From the IMG/VR virus record IMGVR_UViG_3300045988_178905: a stretch of 48,583 nucleotides of DNA. The stretch is one strand, 5' to 3'. Shown here one piece after another: positions 44,250 to 48,583 of this stretch. Below the pieces are notes generated by a model, which saw only the letters and a list, made by a program, of their open reading frames with translations, ran no database searches and was not told the origin of the DNA. Position 1 is the first letter of the stretch; each line of letters starts with the position of its first letter. The stretch is from a virus. Both the position numbers and the translations under genes were made by a program.

Positions 44250-44672
44250 ATAGTCTGTTCTTTCTTCTGTAATAATAACTCATTCCTCCAATTCTAATTT
44301 AATTAATGTAGGCATAATGCCATTTCTGACACTATGCCTGTCTATCCGTCCAATATGTATAACCATTATCTTCAATGGTATTGTGATTCCGTCAAATATG
44401 TAATCAGCATCTTCACTGATAATTGTTTTAATAAAAAAAGGGATATGTAAATCCGTTCTGAACTGTAACTATTCGCTTCAATTTATACAGACAAAGCATC
44501 AAAAATTTTTTCCTTTAACTGTTTTTTGACCTCATCACTTGCAACACCATTTTTAATATATCACAGGAGTTTTTTATCGATTTTCTCATCATTTCCAACT
44601 GTTCCATTCTCCCCAGTATACTGGGGATTTGCTGGAGATTAGACATTTCATTTATATGAATATTTATTTTTC

Positions 44673-44700
44673 TTGACATTTAAGAAAATGACTGTATAAT
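44673..44700 (+). promoter_or_regulatory. Consensus sigma-A promoter TTGACA-16nt-TATAAT
   Basis: TTGACA at 44673-44678 and TATAAT at 44695-44700, preceded by TG. Confidence 0.7.
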
Positions 44701-44857
44701 TAAATTAAAAAACCATAATTTTACAACAATCAAAATAAAACCAAATCAGAAAATAAATCAACTAAAACTAATTCAATACAACATTTTATTTTTATTACTT
44801 CTTTTAATATTTGTAACTGTCAACCTTACACCAATTTTCTGAAAGGTGGTGCTTCTT

Positions 44858-45013
44858 ATGGGAGCAATTTTGGGAGTTGTTTTTGCACTGACTTTATCAG
44901 TTATGGTTATTATTAGCATTATAACCATTTTGCATAAATGCTTAAATGATAAACGACATGATGTAAAAATAAGGACAAAATACTTTGATATTGAGATAAC
45001 TCAACATGATTAA
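44858..45013 (+). CDS. 51-aa hydrophobic peptide with a charged tail; candidate second type I toxin or small membrane protein
   Basis: MGAILGVVFALTLSVMVIIISIITILHKCLNDKRHDVKIRTKYFDIEITQHD. AAAGGTGGTG RBS. ~150-nt A-rich 5' UTR from the consensus promoter. Own terminator. Confidence 0.5.
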   Translation: MGAILGVVFALTLSVMVIISIITILHKCLNDKRHDVKIRTKYFDIEITQHD

Positions 45014-45020
45014 TGATATT

Positions 45021-45052
45021 AGGCAGCCGATAATCGGTTGCCTTTTTATTTT
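45021..45052 (+). terminator. Intrinsic terminator
   Basis: AGGCAGCCGA-taa-TCGGTTGCCT (the G-U pair is valid only on the plus strand) followed by TTTTTATTTT. Confidence 0.75.
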
Positions 45053-45186
45053 CGTCATAATTACTTCAATTAATATGTATTCATAAATAACCTCTTTTTC
45101 TTCTATATATAAGACACGAATGAGAAAGTATCTCATGAATTCCTTTATCAGTCCAACCGGCTGACCTCTACTATATTGTTCTCTCT

Positions 45187-45528
45187 TTATGCTGACAATC
45201 TTTCATTGAGATCTTCATACAACTCTTTTGTGGCAGTTTCCATATCCACACCATCACTAAGCTGCAAAGTTACATCTATATCGTCATAGCAGTAACAACT
45301 TGCTTTTCCGATTGCAATATGCAACTTATCTTCTGTAATTTTTTCATACGAAAAATCAATCGTATCTGCAAAAATACCTGAATTAGCATAGAACTCTAAA
45401 TCTTCCTTGAATTTATCAACTGATATTGGCTCTTTCATACCTTCATCATGGTTCACTACTGCACTTGTGACTGATACAAGATTATCTGTGATAGCTTTTA
45501 ATAATCTGTTTGCATTTGTTTTTCTCAT
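45187..45528 (-). CDS. Hypothetical protein (113 aa), last gene of the tubRZ operon block
   Basis: ORF with RBS. Confidence 0.65.
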   Translation of the reverse strand: MRKTNANRLLKAITDNLVSVTSAVVNHDEGMKEPISVDKFKEDLEFYANSGIFADTIDFSYEKITEDKLHIAIGKASCYCYDDIDVTLQLSDGVDMETATKELYEDLNERLSA

Positions 45529-45541
45529 AATGTATATTCTC

Positions 45542-45943
45542 CTAATAGATTATGTTGATCGTGATTCCTGAACCATCTACCATAACAATGTTAATATCAA
45601 GCACATTGTCTGGATTATCTTCATTGACACAACCAAAAATATCTCCAATCTCATTTACTGCAATAAATGTAGATGAAATAACTTCTTCATCTTTTACATA
45701 AGAATAAGCAATCAAATCCTGCTCTTTCTTATTTTCAGCCTTTAGATAATTCATCTGTGTAAAATATTGGCTTGAACCACAAGTACCAATCTTACAATTT
45801 ATGTTTCCAATCAGTCCAAATTCTGTCATCTGAATAAGTTTTTCAACACACATTCCATTCAAGATGCCATTCCTCAGAATCTGTCTTGCCTGTTCCCTTG
45901 TATCTTCGTTCTTCTCAAACTGAATTACTTTTGTTTTGCTCAT
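45542..45943 (-). CDS. Hypothetical protein (133 aa)
   Basis: ORF with RBS. Confidence 0.65.
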   Translation of the reverse strand: MSKTKVIQFEKNEDTREQARQILRNGILNGMCVEKLIQMTEFGLIGNINCKIGTCGSSQYFTQMNYLKAENKKEQDLIAYSYVKDEEVISSTFIAVNEIGDIFGCVNEDNPDNVLDINIVMVDGSGITINIIY

Positions 45944-45969
45944 ATGCTATTTACCTCTCTTTAGTTTTT

Positions 45970-46278
45970 CTAAACACTAAACACAATTAATACATTTTGA
46001 CCACTTAGCATCTGCAACTCTATTGATTTTTCCTTTGGAAGATTGCATTTGCGTACATTCATCGGCTCTACCTTTACTGCTGTATATCCAATTTTTTCTT
46101 TATTCTCATACAATTCAAACCATAGCAAATCCGGATTTGAAAACCTTATTTGTGAAAATGGCATTGAACGGAAATCGTTTTTATTTCTATTGATATACAC
46201 ACTACCTTTTGCTTGTATAACATCCTGTTTTAGTACTTGCATAAATCCTCCGTTATGTAGATAGGCTGGATTTTCCAA
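45970..46278 (-). CDS. Hypothetical protein (102 aa)
   Basis: ORF in operon. Confidence 0.6.
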   Translation of the reverse strand: MENPAYLHNGGFMQVLKQDVIQAKGSVYINRNKNDFRSMPFSQIRFSNPDLLWFELYENKEKIGYTAVKVEPMNVRKCNLPKEKSIELQMLSGQNVLIVFSV

Positions 46279-46304
46279 CCTACCTACTATATTGTTCTGT
46301 TTTT

Positions 46305-46964
46305 TTACTTGCTGTTTTCCTTTGATACAAGGATAGAAATTTCTAAGAATGGCTGACCGTAAGGACGAATCAGAATTGTATCTGTAACGCTACCTTCCTT
46401 GATGTAGATTTCATTGCAGCTATCATCCATAAGCGGAAATGTTATTGTGTCGATCTGCATTTCAAACGCTTCTTCTGTTTCTGTTAAAGTACAATTTCTA
46501 ACACTATTCATTTTAATCTCAAGACCAAACGAATCATGGATAATTGCCATCATCACTTTATGATCTTCCTCATTCAGATAGTCCATAAGTGAAAAGACAT
46601 CGGATTCATAATAGCTTTCAGACACTTCCCTTTTCTCATTTGTATCTACATGATAGATAACAACTGCCAGCTTGCTGCCATCTTTCAAATCTGCTTCGAT
46701 CAAGAATGTGTCCATGCCGTCAAGCATTCTCCCTGTTACAGAAGCAATGCTGCTTTCTTCTACAGAATAGTGTGTAGAGGTGCATTTTTCTCTAAATTCA
46801 AAGAAACCAGGATATGCTTCAACCTCGTTAATATCCATAGAAATAACATCTTTTCCATCCCTCTGTAATGTCACTTGTGAATACTCATAGATGTTTACCA
46901 GTTCAAAATAATCCTGTGCCTTTGCATCCTTATTGTTTAATACTGCTTCGATTTTTGTTCTCAT
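46305..46964 (-). CDS. Hypothetical protein (219 aa) immediately downstream of tubZ
   Basis: ORF with AAGGAAGG RBS. Confidence 0.7.
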   Translation of the reverse strand: MRTKIEAVLNNKDAKAQDYFELVNIYEYSQVTLQRDGKDVISMDINEVEAYPGFFEFREKCTSTHYSVEESSIASVTGRMLDGMDTFLIEADLKDGSKLAVVIYHVDTNEKREVSESYYESDVFSLMDYLNEEDHKVMMAIIHDSFGLEIKMNSVRNCTLTETEEAFEMQIDTITFPLMDDSCNEIYIKEGSVTDTILIRPYGQPFLEISILVSKENSK

Positions 46965-47031
46965 AATTTTTTACCTTCCTTTTCTTAATGTAGGCGAGTA
47001 GGCTTTGAACCTACCCACCACAATTTTTATG

Positions 47032-48150
47032 TTACTTGCTAATTCTCTTTGCTCTTAACTTCTCTAATGCTGTCAATCCCTTTGGCTTATTTGCTGTAGA
47101 TACCGTCTGTTCCACTGTTGGGGTAGCGAAAATATCAATGTTCTTTCCTGTCCTAACCTCTGTTGTAGCCTTTTGCGAATTTTTGATAATGTCCGCTTCT
47201 TTTTGAATGCTCTCTGTCATTGCATCCACTCTACTGTACGGCATTGTCAGACCGCTAAGAATAATCACATTTTCCTCTGATTCTGACAGATAGCCGTGAA
47301 ACTCGGTTGGTGCAATTCCGATCTCTTTTCTAAGATCAGTCATATCAATTTTGCTTTCCTTTGCAGATACCGCTTCGGAGATACCCATTGTCGTAATGGT
47401 CTTATCTTCCCTCTTTGCAAAGATATTACTGTCACGATTCAGTACATCAATAATATTCGCTGTCGTTCCGTTGTTCTTATTGGCTCTTGTGATAATGGAA
47501 AATGATGGAGTTAAAATGCACGCTTCGATCTCGGCTAAATCCATGTTTCCATCCTGCGACTTATTATTGATGCAAAGAATGCTTGCAAATAATGAAGCAA
47601 ATGTGCTGTTAATCTTCATCTTCTCGGTTGCGTTGTTGTCCAGAATGTAGATACTTCCCATTCGTGGCTTCAATTCCTCGATCTCATAAAATGTCTGTCT
47701 TGCATTGTCTCTAATTTTTAACGATTCATTATCAGCCGGTAGTACCACGATCATTCCTACCTTGTAACCTTCATCAAGAAGAATTTCCGCAAGCTGTGGT
47801 GCGATTGCCGAACCGGTGCCTCCTCCTAATGATGTAGCAATGAATACAATCGAATCTTCTATAATATAGCTGTGAAGTTCATCCAGTATCGTATCAATGC
47901 TTTCTGCTAAATCCTGTACACCGTTTTCCCGGTTACAAGCTGCCCCCTTTGAATTGTTCATATGAATCTTGTGGGATAACTTGACAGATGCCAAATCCTC
48001 TGTACTGGTGTTGATGCCTACAAATGATGTATTGGCTTTATTACCGCCTAAATCATTCACGCTTTCTTCAATCCTTGCCGTGATCGAACCGCCAGCCTGT
48101 CCACATCCAATAACTGTGATCTTCAATCTCTCGTTGATGTTTTTATTCAT
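47032..48150 (-). CDS. tubZ: TubZ/PhuZ-like tubulin-family GTPase (372 aa)
   Basis: T1 loop ITVIGCGQAGGSI. Tubulin signature SLGGGTGSAIAP. Typical size, with an extended basic C-terminal tail (KPKGLTALEKLRAKRISK). Confidence 0.85.
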   Translation of the reverse strand: MNKNINERLKITVIGCGQAGGSITARIEESVNDLGGNKANTSFVGINTSTEDLASVKLSHKIHMNNSKGAACNRENGVQDLAESIDTILDELHSYIIEDSIVFIATSLGGGTGSAIAPQLAEILLDEGYKVGMIVVLPADNESLKIRDNARQTFYEIEELKPRMGSIYILDNNATEKMKINSTFASLFASILCINNKSQDGNMDLAEIEACILTPSFSIITRANKNNGTTANIIDVLNRDSNIFAKREDKTITTMGISEAVSAKESKIDMTDLRKEIGIAPTEFHGYLSESEENVIILSGLTMPYSRVDAMTESIQKEADIIKNSQKATTEVRTGKNIDIFATPTVEQTVSTANKPKGLTALEKLRAKRISK

Positions 48151-48430
48151 TCTCTGTGTCTCCTTCCACTTCTTTCATCCACTCAATACCTTCAGAAGTT
48201 AAATAGAAAGTATTGGAGTTACTTTTTCTCAGTCCTTCTTTTACATAGCCTTGGGTTACCAATGCTCTAATCTTGTTGTAAACTGTCCTCTCACACCACT
48301 TTTCACCATCAGCAATCAACGCTTCTTCAATGTCTTTCTGTGTTAAAGCGTATAATTTGCTCTGCGCCTTGTTCGTGTAGAGGATGTTCAATATAGAATA
48401 CATAATTCTCAAATTGATTCCTCCTATCAT
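48143..48430 (-). CDS. tubR: TubR-like winged-helix DNA-binding protein (95 aa; likelier TTG start at 48412)
   Basis: Small wHTH pattern TQKDIEEAL...CERTVYNKIRALVTQGYVKEGLRKSNSNTFYLTSEG. Overlaps the tubZ start by 8 nt. GGAGG-6nt-TTG at 48412. Confidence 0.6.
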   Translation of the reverse strand: MIGGINLRIMYSILNILYTNKAQSKLYALTQKDIEEALIADGEKWCERTVYNKIRALVTQGYVKEGLRKSNSNTFYLTSEGIEWMKEVEGDTENE

Positions 48431-48436
48431 GTGTCT

Positions 48437-48474
48437 CTACTTACTAATGCACCTTTTACAAGTGAAATTCCCCT
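48437..48474 (-). promoter_or_regulatory. 38-nt conserved upstream motif, copy B (paralog at 5991..6028)
   Basis: CTACTTACTAATGCAC...ATTCCCCT immediately upstream of tubR. Confidence 0.5.
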
Positions 48475-48484
48475 GTGATACAGA

Positions 48485-48583
48485 ATTTTTTTTATTAAGT
48501 TGTCAATGTACCGTGTTTCTTCTATATAAATGTGTTTTGGAAATAAGCAATTAGCAGACCGCTAACGCTTGACTAAAAGAATG
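48485..48583. repeat. Terminal direct repeat, copy 2 (identical to 1..99)
   Basis: Exact 99-nt match to the window start. Confidence 0.95.

Noticed and set aside
23868-44282. Stop-codon reassignment (TGA read as Trp or Gly) as the explanation for the in-frame TGAs at 24375 and 44280
   Set aside because: TGA clearly terminates several well-supported genes (for example 14738..15817 and 42714..44249). The 2400-aa and 1143-aa ORFs contain no TGA, and Trp is encoded by TGG. No suppressor tRNA is present. One of the interrupting stops is TAA, not TGA. Local nonsense mutation, read-through or sequencing error is more parsimonious.

Overview
The first 99 nt are identical to the last 99 nt, so the window reads as one complete circular (or terminally redundant) replicon of about 48,484 unique bp. 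It is AT-rich and gene-dense. More than 90% of genes are on the minus strand, with Firmicutes/Clostridia-style GGAGG ribosome-binding sites. By content it is a plasmid-like or phage-plasmid mobile element, not chromosome. Maintenance and replication genes: a TubR-TubZ (type III) partition operon, an AEP-type primase/replication protein with iteron-like inverted repeats beside it, and a XerC/D-like recombinase. Integration genes: a second phage-type integrase plus excisionase. Host-interaction and regulatory genes: HU, a full-length ClpX, a J-domain protein, two sigma-70-like proteins and several XRE-type HTH regulators. Nuclease-like genes: an HNH endonuclease, two tandem AP2/HNH-like proteins and ParB-nuclease-domain proteins. 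There is at least one type I toxin-antitoxin-like cassette. The main observations: (1) a 1143-aa protein carrying the diagnostic motifs of the cellular-RdRP/YonO double-psi-beta-barrel RNA polymerase family, translationally coupled to an unknown 461-aa protein; (2) an orphan ~2400-aa tape-measure protein inside an int-xis module bracketed by a perfect 18-bp direct repeat, with no capsid, portal, terminase or other tail genes recognisable anywhere; (3) a ~0.75-kb ORF-free, hairpin-dense region that may be a large structured RNA; (4) a dispersed palindromic operator (TACACT-N4-AGTGTA) and several other repeated regulatory motifs; (5) several genes interrupted by in-frame stops or frameshifts. 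I saw no rRNA, tRNA or CRISPR array. All functional calls come from motif recognition by eye; no searches were run.
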